62,645 nt of DNA, filler included, from Catajapyx aquilonaris (GCA_000934665.2; 4 parts of 4 records of this genome joined end to end with filler, not necessarily neighbours in it); one strand, 5' to 3'. Shown: positions 48,750-62,393, counted from the first letter of the whole stretch. Translations and numbers: made by a program. The notes: a model not told the origin generated them from the sequence alone.

Positions 48750-49513
48750 TTGTTTATCCGCACGTTAACAACAAGGCCTCCCGACGGTTGGCAACGTTGC
48801 GTCGCAAACAATCGGGTGCCTATTGATACTGCTGCATGGTTACATGGAACTGGGCTTTATTCTTCTTTTCAGGCTTTCGGGGATTCAATTCAGGATTTTG
48901 AGGTGATTAAGTGGATGGAATAGCCATTTGTCTTGGTGTTGCTGTATGACTTTTTGTTACCGCAACAGTGCTACTGTACATTGTTGTGGCCCTGCCAGGC
49001 ACGGTACGTCGCCCGTGCGTGATATTTTTAGTTTTAGCGGAGCGATAGTGGAGCTGGGCGCTTATTGTGGGTTTCTGTATCCGCAACATTTACTGTCCGT
49101 CTTGTGGCGCCGCAGGCCAACGAACGTTATTGTGGCTTTGCCAAGCGCGAAGTACACCTTCACACAGTCCGTTAAACCACCGAACTACATGACGCCAAGT
49201 TCCGCCCGCCACCACCAGGCTCTCCCCTCCTATCATGCCCACGACTCACTCTGCAGGCATACTACTGCACACGCTCAGAAAACACGTCTGGTGTGACATG
49301 ATATCGTTCTTTGGGTTAACGGACTGCAGTAACCATCATGGCTTTCATATTTCCCACCTCCTTCATTATTACTGTGGTCCTAGCACTCGTCTGAAAGGTT
49401 CGCGTGGCAGGGGTAAGAATACGCCCTTTGTTGTGCTCTCCCGGCAACCGGTTGTTTGCGACGCGTAGCCAACATGTTTGGAGCACCGCGTCGCTAGGTG
49501 CGGATAAACGATA
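48747..49513. mobile_element. Non-autonomous TIR element (PIF/Harbinger-like?)
   Basis: CTATTGTTTATCCGCAC ... GTGCGGATAAACGATAG. An internal segment matches ~40434-40462. Confidence 0.55.
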
Positions 49514-49617
49514 GGCTTTCCCTTCTTTCTCTGTGGGCGGCATAGAGGTTTTTAAAAAAATTGACGGGCCGCATCTAACAAAAGAAATTTCAACTTATAA
49601 AAAAGTTTACAATTATA

Positions 49618-49828
49618 CAGGGTGTTTCAACTTTTTTGTCCAAACAGTTATCCGAAATATTGCACTAAGCTGCTACTTTGTAAGCAATGTATGCCACTTC
49701 AACCTAAGATTCACAGGGAGTATTCCCCATTCCTCCGACAAACTGGTTGCAAGTCACCGCTTACAAAGTAACAGCTTATAGTGCAATATTTCCGATAACT
49801 GTTCGGGAAAAAAAGTTTAAACACCCTG
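49618..49828. mobile_element. Tc1/mariner-like MITE
   Basis: TA-CAGGGTGTTT ... AAACACCCTG-TA with ~70-bp arms. Confidence 0.85.
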
Positions 49829-50582
49829 TATATCCATCGTTTTAAATGAACTTCCATTAAGATTAATTGCATAAATTATCATTAAATTCTCTGAAATCGA
49901 TTAAATTTTTAGCTAAATATATCAATGAAAATGGCCTGTATAATTTTTTTTTTAAATAAGTAAATAGTGAATTTATATGAATTTATTTTAAAGGCACAGG
50001 CATAAAATTGTGCAATTTTAATTTCTCAACATTTTTAGGAACACCGAAATTTTGCGCAGGCCGCACAAATATTGTCGTCGCGACCTGTAGTTTGCCCACC
50101 CCTGCTATAAAAGAACTATGTGTACCTCAACAAAGATCACATGTTGGCCTTTGCATGACTTTTACCTCATACAGGTAGATTTGAAATACGAAAACCCGCG
50201 TGGTGTTTAATACATTAAATTTGCTATCAATGATCGCTCTCTCTCGAGCCCAGGCGACCCAGAGGCAGTGCTGGCAATGAATTTTAATAATTAAATTCGA
50301 TTATCTCCGTCTTGTAGCCGAAAGCAAAAAAAATCAACTACAGAGAAATCGTCTTTAAAAATGTCTCACATTCAGTATTAGAGGAACTAGATCCAAAAGG
50401 AAGTGCACCCCGGCTCCATTTTCACCATGTATAAATGTCACGTGATTTATGGATGGCCCCGAATCTGATTTTAGCAAAAATGTCGTCCTTTTGTCAGATT
50501 AACAACGAATTGTTAGAAAGATCAGAACGTTATGTACTGATAGGAGATGATGTTAATATCCATATATTCTCTCTTGGAACAG

Positions 50583-50792
50583 TCAAGCAAACAGTGGCTG
50601 GAGATGAAACTGGAGCAGCGACGTAAACACTTCCACGTCCTGGTGACATCCATTCATCAGCTGCAGGCTCTCTTGGACACTGACGATGAGACCTCAGGTG
50701 GAGGTGGTAATTTGGCTGGCCATGAGGCAGGAGGTGGAGGGGAACAAAGCCAGGCATCACAGGCATCTGTGGAGGTCATGGATACTTCTTGA
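50583..50792 (+). CDS. THOC7: THO complex subunit 7, last coding exon
   Basis: KLEQRRKHFHVLVTSIHQLQALL matches the THOC7 C-terminal KLELRRKQFHVLLSTIHELQ motif. AG acceptor at 50581-50582 and stop at 50792. Upstream exons not recognised. Confidence 0.75.
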   Translation, partial: SSKQWLEMKLEQRRKHFHVLVTSIHQLQALLDTDDETSGGGGNLAGHEAGGGGEQSQASQASVEVMDTS

Positions 50793-50990
50793 ACTCAGGT
50801 GTGCACGCGCAAGTGAAGTGTTGCAAATTTGTTTAAAATGAGTTATAGACGGTATCTTCTAGAACAGCGTTTTTCAACCATTTTACCCTTGCGGAACCCT
50901 TGAAATAATATTCATGCCCCCTACATAACCCCTACATAGAAATTAATGTATTACTGACATGTCAATTAAGGGCGCCGGATACCTATGCGA

Positions 50991-52028
50991 TTTATCAGAA
51001 TAGAGGGTCAAGTTTGGCCGAGTCACGGGTGCAGCTTTCTCTTTGTACCACCGATGCGGGTGTCTCGCTGGAGGTACAGACCTGAAATTTTCACAGCATG
51101 GCGGAGAAAGGCCAATTGAGCCACAGACGGCTCTTCGATCCCTACAAGGGAAGGATTTTTTGGAAAATGGCTCACAACATGTTGACTCTGGATTCGACTT
51201 TGAGAAATCTCTCGATGGTCAGTGATGGCAAAAGTTGTCCTCTCTTACTCCTCCAAAGAGTTATTAATGTGGGCTATTGGTGTTTGCACAGCTATTTAAA
51301 CCATTTTATCACCTCATCAGGTAAAATCGGAGGGAGTACTTTCGAAATAGAACAGTTGGTTCCCTGTTGCCCACGCGCTTTTTAAATTATTTAGCCTGTA
51401 TGGGTTTCCTGGCAACCTGGACAGGGAACCAACTGTTCTATTTCGGAAGTACTCCCTCTGATTTTACCTGATGAGGTGGTAAAAGGGTTTAAATAGCTGT
51501 GCAAACACCAATAGCCCAAATTAATAACTCTTTGGAGGAGTAAGAGAGGACAACTTTTGCCATCGCTGACCGTCGCGATATTTCCCGAATTTGAATCCGG
51601 AGCCAAGATGTCATGAGCCGCTTTTCAAAAACTCCTTTCCTTGTAGATCTCTCAATTATTATTCTAACTACTGCACCCATAGCCAAAATTTGGCAAAACC
51701 TGTAATCCCCCCGCTGGGCACCTACCCAGCCACGTACCCTTCCCCCCGGCCTGATGATTTAGTGGAGTGACCAGAAGGTGGCAGCACTCACCAATGCCCC
51801 CTACCTCCCTTCGCCCCGCCCACCAGAGCGTTCTAGACAGAAGGAAGAAAAAATAAGGCGATTATTATAGGGGGAATGGATCGAAACTCCGTCGGTGGCT
51901 CAATTGACCCTTCCTCGCCATTCTGTGAAAATTTCAGGTCCGTACCTCCAGCGAGATGTCTGCATCGGCGGTGCAAAGAGAACCCTGCACCTGTGACGCG
52001 GTCAAACTTGGAACTCGATTCTGAAATA
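50991..52028. mobile_element. Foldback element with ~375-bp arms; right arm interrupted by a mini-Helitron
   Basis: 50991-51140 mirrors 51877-52028, and 51141-51367 mirrors 51421-51646. Confidence 0.8.
51668..51876 (-). mobile_element. ~210-bp mini-Helitron (family of 21944-23306)
   Basis: Same 5' (TTCCCCCTATAATAATCGCCTT), internal GGTGAGTGCTGCCACCTTCT..CACTAAATCATCAGGCCGGGGG and 3' hairpin. Ends GTAG instead of CTAG. Confidence 0.8.
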
Positions 52029-52200
52029 CACAATTTACATGTGATTAGCCTATTCATCGTTGTTTCTCGCAGGACCCCAGGTGAGAAACGATGTTCTAGA
52101 AGTACATTTTGTAGGTACTCCCTCCTCATTCGATGCACTATTGCAGTTCGTCTGGGAAATTTGAAAATTGAAAGACCCATAGAAACATTGTGGGGTACAG

Positions 52201-52300
52201 ATTTAGACCATCTCATACCTCTGCAAGTTAAGGTCAGGATGAGTCATGTTAATATGACTCATCCTGACTTAAACTTGCATAGGTGTGAGATGGTCTAAAT
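52201..52300. repeat. 100-bp near-perfect palindrome
   Basis: ATTTAGACCATCTCA..GGATGAGTCAT / ATGACTCATCC..TGAGATGGTCTAAAT. Confidence 0.85.
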
Positions 52301-53666
52301 TTCAATCATAACATTGACAGAGATATATTCTCACGACAATTGTTTAAATGGAGCGTCATTATCGTAGTAGTTATTTGAGCAACATTTGACTTCGTACATC
52401 TCACCAATGTAATATTAAACAAGGTGGTGTTTCCATTTAATAATTAGAAGAAATAAGCAATATGTGCCAACCAATTGGCATAATTTGGCAGACATTTGAA
52501 GTTAATATATGTCAGTGTGACCTAATTTCTCTGACCATTCATTTTCAGAATGGTGGTATGAAGGCATAAGTACCGTACCTAAAGCATACCATGGCTATTT
52601 GTAAATAGCTTATGTTATTTTCGCATACGTTTGAAAGACAGTTTATAATCATTCCCTGCCTTCATGGGGAACATGTACTTCTTTGCATAATTTCAGCCAT
52701 TGAATTATATCCATAATATGTATCAGAAAGTTGCATATTTCAATACATTAATATTAAAGATGTTGGTATAATCATTTGAGGGTCCCCTCAAGCTAGGTAT
52801 CCATGCCAGAGGTTTCTCTTGTCAGAGAAGCCAACTGCGTATGACCGTATCAGAGGAAAAAGAAAAAGTAGACAATTTTCAACTTTAATCCCCTTTCCGA
52901 GGGGCCAGAGGGGCCCTGAGGCAAAATAAAGTGTGTCTCGACGGACAAGTTTTCTTGCGTAAGAGGACTCGGGCCAACTCTGGCACGAGAAACTTTTACG
53001 TGGATACCCAACTTGACTCAAGAGTTACAGGTTCACTATTCAGGATCATTTCTGATGAATTCACATGTCAGGAGAAATGATCAGCTATGACGATCACTTT
53101 TATTATAATTGCATGAAGTGATGCAATTCATATCACTGATTATTATTAGAAAATGATGGTGACCTTTAAGCTGCCATTTACATGCACCTTGTGTTTTGTA
53201 ACCCTGCCCTTTGTGTCAGGAGCTAGATTTTCCATAGCCATTTCTCATTTACAGATGTGTAATTTATGGCTAAGAAGAAAGGATAAAACGAAATTCGTCA
53301 TAGATGTCATTATTCGATTCGGTTGACTTTTCCTGCTCTACAAAGTGCCTAGTCATGGTGACTAAAAAACAGAAATCTTAAGAGCTAATTTCATATTGAT
53401 TTAATACTATGCTGAGTGACATTTACTGTTGGAGTTTCATGGTAATATAATTTTTGCAGCTGCATGAATTCTTTTCACTATATTAAATATGCCCCATAAA
53501 TACCAGACATGCTATCAGGTCATGAACACAGTGTGAATGGGAGTTGAGAAGAGAAGTGGGCTGGACTTTGGTTGATAAGAAGCACAGAGAGAGTCCATAC
53601 ATTAGGGGGAATAGTGCATTGAGTCAGGGTAGCTGATACAGAATTTGATTTTTCTGTGGAGTAAAT

Positions 53667-55040
53667 ATGAAGTCTCGGGACTCAGCAGCTGTGCTGTGCT
53701 TGTTGCTCACTCTTCTCTTGATGCTCAGCTCCACTGCCGCATTCATAAGCAACATTGGGGGGCAAGTGCCTGTAGACCCTAATAGTGAAGGTGCTCAAGA
53801 AGCTGCCAAGTTTGCATTTGAGGAGTTCAACGAGGATTCATTGGTTGACTTGACGTTGCTCCATGTGGACAGTGCGAAGACGCAGGTCAGTTGCCTGATA
53901 TAATATTTTGTATATGTGGCGGAGTGAGGGGTAAATCACAATACATCATATCGTCGTCGGCAATGCAAAACCTCGTAACTCGCAATTTGGCCGAAATAGA
54001 GTTACTCATGTAGTTGTGTGCCGAAAAATTGTCCGCGTCGACCTGAAAAAGCTCGTATTTTTCGGACCAATGAGAGTGGGTGTTTAGGTCACGTGGCAAA
54101 ACCACGTCACCAACAGCTAACCGAGATCGGCGGCAAGACCTCGTATTTCTTTCACCAGCCACAATGGCGGCCATTCCTGTTTGTGATCACGTAGGCTTAA
54201 GTAAGGCAGTTACCATACCTACACTTATGCCCATGAGGTACTGCACCTCTTCATGACGACAGGATTAAGTATTGTCAAACAATAATGATGCAATAAACCC
54301 ACAAAAAAAAGTTAATTTATAGGAGGTTTTGCAAGGCACTCATCTACCGTGTAAGCAGAAATTTTGCGAGGTTTTGCACGAACATGTTTTTCCTTGTCCT
54401 GTAAAATGACATTATCGTGAGAAACGAGGTTTTGCATTGCCGACGACGATATGATGCTTTAGTGTATGAAGCACTTTTGGTTTAGGGTAATCTGACCAGA
54501 CAACCTACAAAGCATATTATTGTAAAACATGTAAGCAATACATCAAAGTGTATGGTCTTTTTGAGTCACTTATCCTCATGTGAGGTCAAGACGTACCTCA
54601 ACTGAGGAGGCTCAGTCACATTACTGGAAGCTAATTATTTTATATTTGTGTATTTACTGACTAATGTGCACAAAATTGGAAAGAAATAACTAATGATATA
54701 GTTGGCACTGGAATTGATCGTGTGATTTTCCGATTTGCATTTTCATCAATAGTGCGTCTGGTCTGGTATCCCATATTTTTACATGCTATTTTTGAAGTAT
54801 GACACAGGTTGTAATTTTGTTTCCTCTACTTGTTTTTTTTTTTTTTTTTGCTTCTTTTTGCAGGATGTTGAGGGTACTGGAGTCAAATATTTTCTGAAGA
54901 TTGCTGTGGATGCAGATGGAAAGCAAGTGACGTGCAAAGCTGAAACATTACGATATGATAGTGGACAATTCGTACTAGTCATTGGTGAATGCAATGGAAA
55001 AATGAAATTAGGAGCAATGTTTCCTTTTGGACGTGGATAA
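53667..55040 (+). CDS. Secreted cystatin-like protein, 131 aa; exons 53667-53885, 54864-55040
   Basis: Signal peptide, GG near the mature N-terminus, AQEAAKFAFEEFN helix, AKTQ|DVEG (QxVxG) split by a phase-0 intron, KYFLKI strand, two C-terminal Cys. Confidence 0.85.
53944..54456. mobile_element. MITE in the cystatin intron
   Basis: 33-bp TIR CATCATATCGTCGTCGGCAATGCAAAACCTCGT, perfectly mirrored. Confidence 0.85.
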
Positions 55041-56906
55041 ATGGATTTATGATTTGGCCTTCTGAGACATCTGGTTGTCGTAGTAATATGTACATAGTAG
55101 AGATTATGTGCTATCGATATATTTTGCATGCTGTAATTAGATGCTTTTCGCAACTCAAAATATTACGTATACATATGCTGAACTCACTACCACTCTACAA
55201 CACTTCATGACAGTGACATTTTTGTAAAATGTGAAGGAGTGTTTGTTGGCTTTCTTGTGCATCAGTAGAACTCTGAATGTTAATAAACGGATCTATTTCA
55301 TAGGTAAGACTGTGAGCATTTAAGAAGCAAAATTATTATTTTTAAAATTGTGCATCTTAGCATTGTTGACTCTTGCAATCAATGGCATGAATCTTCTATT
55401 ATCAATATTGTAATTGGCAAATATGCCAGGAAGTTGAGAAATTTGAAGTTCCCCCAATAGGTCAGTATTTAATTGCATTCATATGAAATTGAATTTTAAA
55501 ATAATGCAATTGTCACCAAGAAGGCCCACTTCGACAAATATTGGAAAGTATGAAGAGTGAGATACATGTTTGTAAATATTAATGCATTTTGTTTTTCATG
55601 GTGTACAGGTTTATTGCACATTCTGATCCCATATTGAAAGACACCTATTGTTATTAATTCCAGGTTGTGTTAGGTATATCGCTGCCTATATTTAATTAAT
55701 CATACTTTCGCAGCCTAGAGTTAAAGGCGGAGTCCCTTGTACTGTGATGCTCTTTGGAAGTGTGAAAATATCTGTTTTCCTGTAACTGGCAACTTTGGAT
55801 TACAGAAATAAAACGAATATGTTAAGTACACAGCAGATGTAAATTTTCATGGACCGTCATCTTTTTAAAGGTGGGACTTTCAAATACAACATTGTAAAGT
55901 GATAGAGGTGGAGTGACAATATTTGTATATTGTATTGTATAGTGTATTGTATATTGCAGTGTTTACTGAAGAGAAGTTCTATAAGTTACGTCAATAAGGA
56001 TGATGCATACATATTGTGATGTTCCATCAAATAAAAGCAATGTTACAAACGTTGGACAAGCCTCTTTTTTATTGATGCCTAACTGACCCTATCTGAAGGC
56101 ATTGTTTGACTCTTGACGTAAAGTTCTAATCTAGGATGACAAGTATTAGGTAACTGCAGACATAAGACAATATTCAAGCATGTATGCAATATGATAAATG
56201 GTATTTCTTGGAACCCGAAGAACTCTTATCATAATTTTGTCCTGTCCAGGACACAAGTATCTATTGTTTCTAAGTTAATATTGCAGTAAAAAAATACAAT
56301 ATGCAATCAATTTCTATGCAAACACAATGGATTGTTCATGTTTCAGTTTGACATTCTGCATGTTGTGTTGGTTATTTATCATTACCTGGAAGGAATAGAA
56401 GGCGATGTTGCAAAATTTACATTCAAGAGGAAACGTTTACTAATTTGAGTTTTTAAAATATGAACTCCATTTTGCATTCAATTGGCATATAATGATAAGG
56501 CTATTTGACAAGCTATTGAAGGGTTCCATGACACAGTTTGACAGTGCTTAGAGTGATAAACTGACGCAATGGAGTGGCATTTCATGAATGAGGTAGGCAA
56601 AAAGAATTGGCAGGAAAAAGGCAAGTGAGCGAGCGTATGGTTCAGTGGCATGATGTCGTCTAATCAAAAAAAATTATGATTACAGGTGCAATTTGTGATA
56701 TGATACATGTGGATTACCCTTTACCTGACGCATAGTACTACTGGCCCAGATGGAAAACCAAGAATTTTCTCCCAAGAGATTGTATGAACGACCTTTTCAA
56801 CATGGTTGCTATCAGTGCTATTAATATTAGTGACGTGACATACTAGCGCGACACAAAGGGAACGAAAGCTTTCAAGCGAGAAGCAGTAGCAAAGAAGAGG
56901 CAAACC

Positions 56907-59900
56907 ATGGGGACGCCTGTGGCTTTTATCTTCTTTTGCACTGTGGCCAGTGGCACGGCCTTCTTGCAGCATATTTTTATGGGACAGTTTAGTTCAGTGA
57001 GTCCAGATGATCAAGGTGCACAGGAGGCTACTCAGTTTGCCTTTGAGCAAATGAAAGCAGCTTTTGGACTCCCCATGAAATTCATAAGGATTGTCGATGC
57101 CAAGTTGCAGGTAACATTTATCATTTTACATCGAGCTCCATGAATTATTTTTCATGTGATGTTACTAATGAATGTGTGTTTGAAATTGTGTACACTTCTA
57201 CAATCAAGGTGGTTGTATTGATATGTGATCACTGCAGCAATGCGGTGTGATTGGGGATGAGGGTTGAATACTCTTGGACACTTGAAGGGTAGGAAAGTAG
57301 CATCCTGGAAAGCTCAATAACGGACTGGATCTGTGGAGATTGTACATTGTGAGGAGGATGTATATAAGTCATGGAACACAAAGCTTCATAAAAGAGTAGA
57401 TATTTGATAGCAATAACCGGGTAAGAATAAAGGTCGTCTTAGTGAATGAACAAGTCATACTTAGAGTCCGTAATGGTCAAGCAGTCATTGAGGGACTGGT
57501 AACATGATGGGCATGTAGATAGGAGCCACGGTTTGGGAATCCACTGGAGGATAGCTGCAATGATGAATTAGTGATATTATAGTCATAATAAGAGCATTAA
57601 TATTTGGCAGGTGACATCCAGTAGTTCACACAAGTGTCATGGACATGTTTTTTCTGCAATTGAATTCATCATTCTCAATCTGAAATTGATACAGTTTGAT
57701 TCAGGGTGTAAAATTATTGTAGGAAAAAGTCTATCAATACTTGCCCTTATTGCACATTGCCATTATTTTTAGCTAAAAATGCTGGTGCAGGACAGTGCAA
57801 ATGGATTTAATTTTTCCAGTTAGTTGTTGTATTAAAATGATTTGCTTGATAGCAAGAGATCTGATCCAGCATCAATGATACGAATAATTTTAATCCCAAT
57901 GCATGCATCAGTGTTGAACTTATTTGTTAACACTCACTGCCTCACAAACATATTTTCAAGTAAGAGCCATTAATCATGTAATCGTAATGTATAAAGTTCA
58001 TTGAATGTGTTTAGTACAAGTTGAAACATCCAACATTGGTCGAGTGATATCAAAAAAGATGAATTTGCACTCTGGGAGGGAAAAATTACCTGACATCACG
58101 AACAAATGGTAAATGTTAATTTTCATACCATTTTTTGATTCAATTTTTTATTCCCGAAATGTGCCAAGGTTGTATTTATAGATAAGCAGCAAATTTGTTG
58201 TGGCACTTGAGTATGAATGGTTTTACAAGGCCATTGTTTTTTGTTTTTTTTCATTCCATTCCATGTAGCAAGTCTGACATTTTTTACTACCTGCGTAAGT
58301 GACCATGAAACCATTTACGATAACCTCTTAGAACTGGACAGAGTACACTGTACGCTGCCACATTTTTGGATTAGTTATGTGGATAAAAGGACTGCAATTA
58401 GCAAGTATGGTCACGCAATTATTAATGTCAGTGTTAGTAAACACTGCATATTGGTCTTCATTTACCAATACCAAAAATTTTTAGAGAATGATAGTACAGG
58501 ACATCTGTAACCACATGAAACATGACAAAACTGCCCTTTTCGAAGGTCTGATCCTGCTTACGAAACATATTTTACAATGTGACTGGTATGTTACTTGTGC
58601 AGCGTGACAGGATTAGGTTCTAGCAAAACAGAGTTCGTGAAATGAAAAGTTGGTAAATTATAATACCAAATTATAGGTTGAAGTAATGAATGAGATTTTT
58701 TCATTTTTTTTCATATATTAATTTTTGTAGGTTATAATATCTAAAATTAATGTGAAGTGTCATAAAATGGACCATTGTAATATTGGAACTTATCTGTACA
58801 CTCCCCGTCAAACATCTAGGCACCAAAAATCTTAACAGACATCCTACATGTGATCTATGTACAGTAGTTTCCTTTCTCAGAAACATTTCACTGAGCATTT
58901 CAAGTCATTAAAAAATCTTTGAGTTCATCAAATGTGCATTTCATCCCCAACAAATAGTACAAATACCGTCAAAGGGGGGGGGAAATTGTGCCATGCGGGG
59001 AGAGATTGTGCCAGCGCATTTTATGGGACAACTAAGCGCCCTACTGGCAGCAGGCGTAAACTAGCGAAATTAGGCATATTCAATTACATTGATAAATGTA
59101 CAAGGTTGACAATGACGAACAGAATTCGCGATTTGTTGCTATAAGGCCTGTAAAATAAATTATTGTTGAAATTTTGATTTTCGTCAAGTCTTGCACTTGG
59201 TTGTATAGTGTGGGTTGCCGTAAGTAGCCTGTTGCTTCTCATTACCATAATCACTTTAATGAAGGTAGTAAATACGAGTTGACAGTTTTTAAATCTGCAT
59301 TTGTTCTTAAGCTATGACCCAATGAATGAAAAAGGGGGACTTGACGAGGAGAGATTGTGCCACTGTTTTTTCCAATTATTATTTCACTGATTTTCATGTG
59401 TGACAGTAATGAGAGGAGTTTACCTGAAGAAGATTGGTGGAAGGATTTGGGGGAAATCAAGTCTAACATTATGCGATTAAAGCAAGAGTAGATAATTGGA
59501 TGTAACAAAAATAATGCTGCAACCAGCGCCACTAGTCGCGACAACGAAAAAGAACATCAAACCCGATCAAATCGACTGCGACCGAGGTACTGACAAATAA
59601 GAATGGGATGGCCCACGTACGGCCGCCTTTTGCGAAGGGAAAAATTAATGCAATTGCATTTTTTCATAATTTTGAGCCAGTGACTTGGACAGATCATGCA
59701 TGTGACTATAAACAGTGTGTTTTATCAAGGTGAAGGAGTCCAGGGGTGTCCTTGAAGTGCTTGTAAACATTACTTGATTAATAACTTGGCATTTTTATTG
59801 ATGAATTGCCTCATGACGGGGAAGAAACCGTCTTTGTTCTTCACGACACATTTAATACAGTCCATTCCTAATCACATTCATAGTTATTTAGCCGGTGTGG

Positions 59901-61961
59901 CAACATGCCATGAGAAGGCTACTCTGCCCAATTATTTTTCGGTTGTCTTATGGATGGTGTGTGGGTGGTTTTATGACATTGCAGTTGGTGCAGGAATAAT
60001 GTTGCTTATAAATTTCGTTCCAATAGATCAATTATTCTGGTTTGCTCGTAAGAAAAACCTCGAAATGTGGCACCATCCCACCCAGTGTGATGGTATTACT
60101 GGTATTACGGGTTAGACTGAAGGTAATATTAGGGATGGACTACTGCTTTAACCCTTTCATTCCCACTGTAGCCATATGGCAACAATTAATCTGGCGGCAA
60201 AGCGTTCGCATGCAGAAGGCAAACTTTGTGGGTCAAACTTCTTGTGGCATCTAGTGGATGGTGACTCAGCACCCACAAAGTCGGATTGTTATATTTTGCT
60301 CGCGCCCTTGAAAGGTAAACAACCCCCCACCCGGCCGCGTAATTACAGGGTGTCCCATAAGTCTGGACTCTTAGGAATTTCTCATAGTGCAGTGTTTTAG
60401 TATTATTTTGCAACCATCGTAACAATTTTATAGTGATTTTAAAAATTTAAATTAATTTAATTGCATTTAAAGTTAATTGCCTTTAATTTTTTTTCTGGAA
60501 CACCCAGTAGGGGAATGTTTTCGGCATTTTTACATTCCAAAGGACCACCACGAGTAAAAATGATAAATATTGAAGAACATTGTTTTTCATTATATCACTC
60601 CTACTACAAATTTTTTTCAAAAAGAGAAGAAACGGCCCAAAAAATTCAGGAATGAAAGGGTTAAATGGGTCGTGGAGAACAAAGGCTGTTTCTTCCCCGT
60701 CATGAGGCAAGTCGTCAATAAAAATGCCACGTTATGAATCAAGTTATGTTTAAAAGCACTTCAAGGACACCCCTGATTTCATTCATCTTGATAAAACACA
60801 TTGTTTATATTGACACGCATGATCTGTCCAAGTCACTGGCTCAAAATTATGATAATTTATATTAATAATTTTTCCCTTCCTCCACCCAGTTTGATTTTCG
60901 CGGACGCAGGCCATTGGATTTTATTCTCCAGTTCATGCTCCAAGACGATCAGGTTCGATGTTCTCTTTCGTCGCTGTGGCGCTAGCTGCAGTGCTCCTCG
61001 TCTGATCGCTTTGCTCACATCCAATTATTATCTACTCTTTTTTTCATTGCAGCATGTTAGCCATGATTTCTGACAAAGCTTCCGACTGATCTTCTTCATG
61101 TCAACCTTTCCCATCACTGTCACACATGAAAATCATGGAAATATAATGGGGGGGAAACTGGGAATAACAGTGGCACAATATCGCCCCGTCACCTTCACTT
61201 TTTAACCTAATTGCACCATGTTTAAAAAAATATTTTGTTCGCATATTAAAGATGCAAATTTGTACAGACAGTATGACCATGACTAATTTCCTATTTATTT
61301 CAAGCATTTAAATAGGCTGGCCCAATCTCACCCAAACGACGGGGTGAAATTGTGGCACGGAAAAGAATTTATATCTCCCCTCTCTTAGTATATCAAAATT
61401 ATTTTCACATAATGATCTGAAAGGTGAGATGTGCAGCAATGTTGTATAAAATATTCGTTCCGATTTATCAATTACTCTGGTTTGCTTGCAAGGAAAACCT
61501 CCAAACGTGGCACAATCTCCCCCCATTTGACCATACTACGTTGTGCTGCTTTCCACCTTTGTTAAGCAAGTTAGCATGAGTAGTGATTGCCCTCTGATTG
61601 AAAATGCTGAAGGTCCTCATAATGTCTCCTCCATGGACCTGGTAACATAATATAATAACATGCCATATATTTGCAGATTGAAAAAGGAGCTATATATCAC
61701 ATCACTTTCGAGGTAGAGAGAGAAGGACAACTAACTGAATGTCAAGTAGAAGTATTGAGGCACAATAGTGGCGAACATGAAATGGTCAAAGCTGAGTGTG
61801 ACATCATGCGGGATGGCACAGACGCAATGCAGGTGGCCATAAATGACCTGGATATTTATGACCATACAGTGCAATCTGCAGCAGCCTTTGCCTTTGATGA
61901 ATTAATCAAGAAAACAACAGCTGATATAAAGTTCGTCAAAGTTGTAAATGCTAAGAAGAGG
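56907..61961 (+). CDS. Multi-domain cystatin-like protein, partial; exons 56907-57110, 61677-61961, continuing beyond the window
   Basis: Exon 1 parallels cystatin 1 (GAQEATQFAFEQ..DAKLQ|). Exon 2 completes domain 1 (IEKGAIYHITF..C..C) and begins domain 2 (VQSAAAFAFDEL..NAKKR|) with a donor at the homologous phase-0 position. Confidence 0.8.
60152..60660. mobile_element. piggyBac-type MITE
   Basis: TTAA-CCCTTTCATTCC ... GGAATGAAAGGG-TTAA. Confidence 0.88.
60346..60507. mobile_element. Tc1/mariner-like MITE nested in the piggyBac MITE
   Basis: TA-CAGGGTGTCCCA ... TGGAACACCCAG-TA. Confidence 0.7.
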
Positions 61962-62393
61962 GTAAGTACATTTCACTCTTGCATGTTTGTGTATTACATG
62001 ACTGAAATTTAGATTTGCTTAAAATTTATTATTTGGTGTTTGAGTATGGTAGGTCATTGGTCATACTCTGGTTGCATCATCGGAAAAGTATCTGACTTTT
62101 TCAAAATTATTTTAAATAGCGTTGCCTTTGTCATTGCCAACAAAAAAAAAATTCAAGACAAAAGCAATAAATTATTATACGCTATGTGAACATGTGAGCA
62201 AGTTATCCCAATATAGTAAAACTTCTATCAGTCGAATCTCCATGGGACCATACTAGAGAGGGATATGGGTAACATAGCCTATGTAAGGCCCTCTACCCTT
62301 GTCATCACTCAGGCTCCCCTTATTTATTGCTTATTCCAGCCGAAATACGATAATGAATACAAATGCAATACAAATGCTATACAATACAAATAC

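Larger units (their letters stand above)
58966..61533. mobile_element. pogo-like non-autonomous element with nested insertions, in the cystatin 2 intron
   Basis: TA-CCGTCAAAGGGGG..ATTGTGCCA ... TGGCACAATCTCCCCCCATTTGACCA-TA. Internal inverted arms ~59520-59850 / ~60665-60990. Confidence 0.65.

Noticed and set aside
57208..57365. Possible additional cystatin exon after gene 2 exon 1
   Set aside because: Stops in all three frames and only a faint resemblance.
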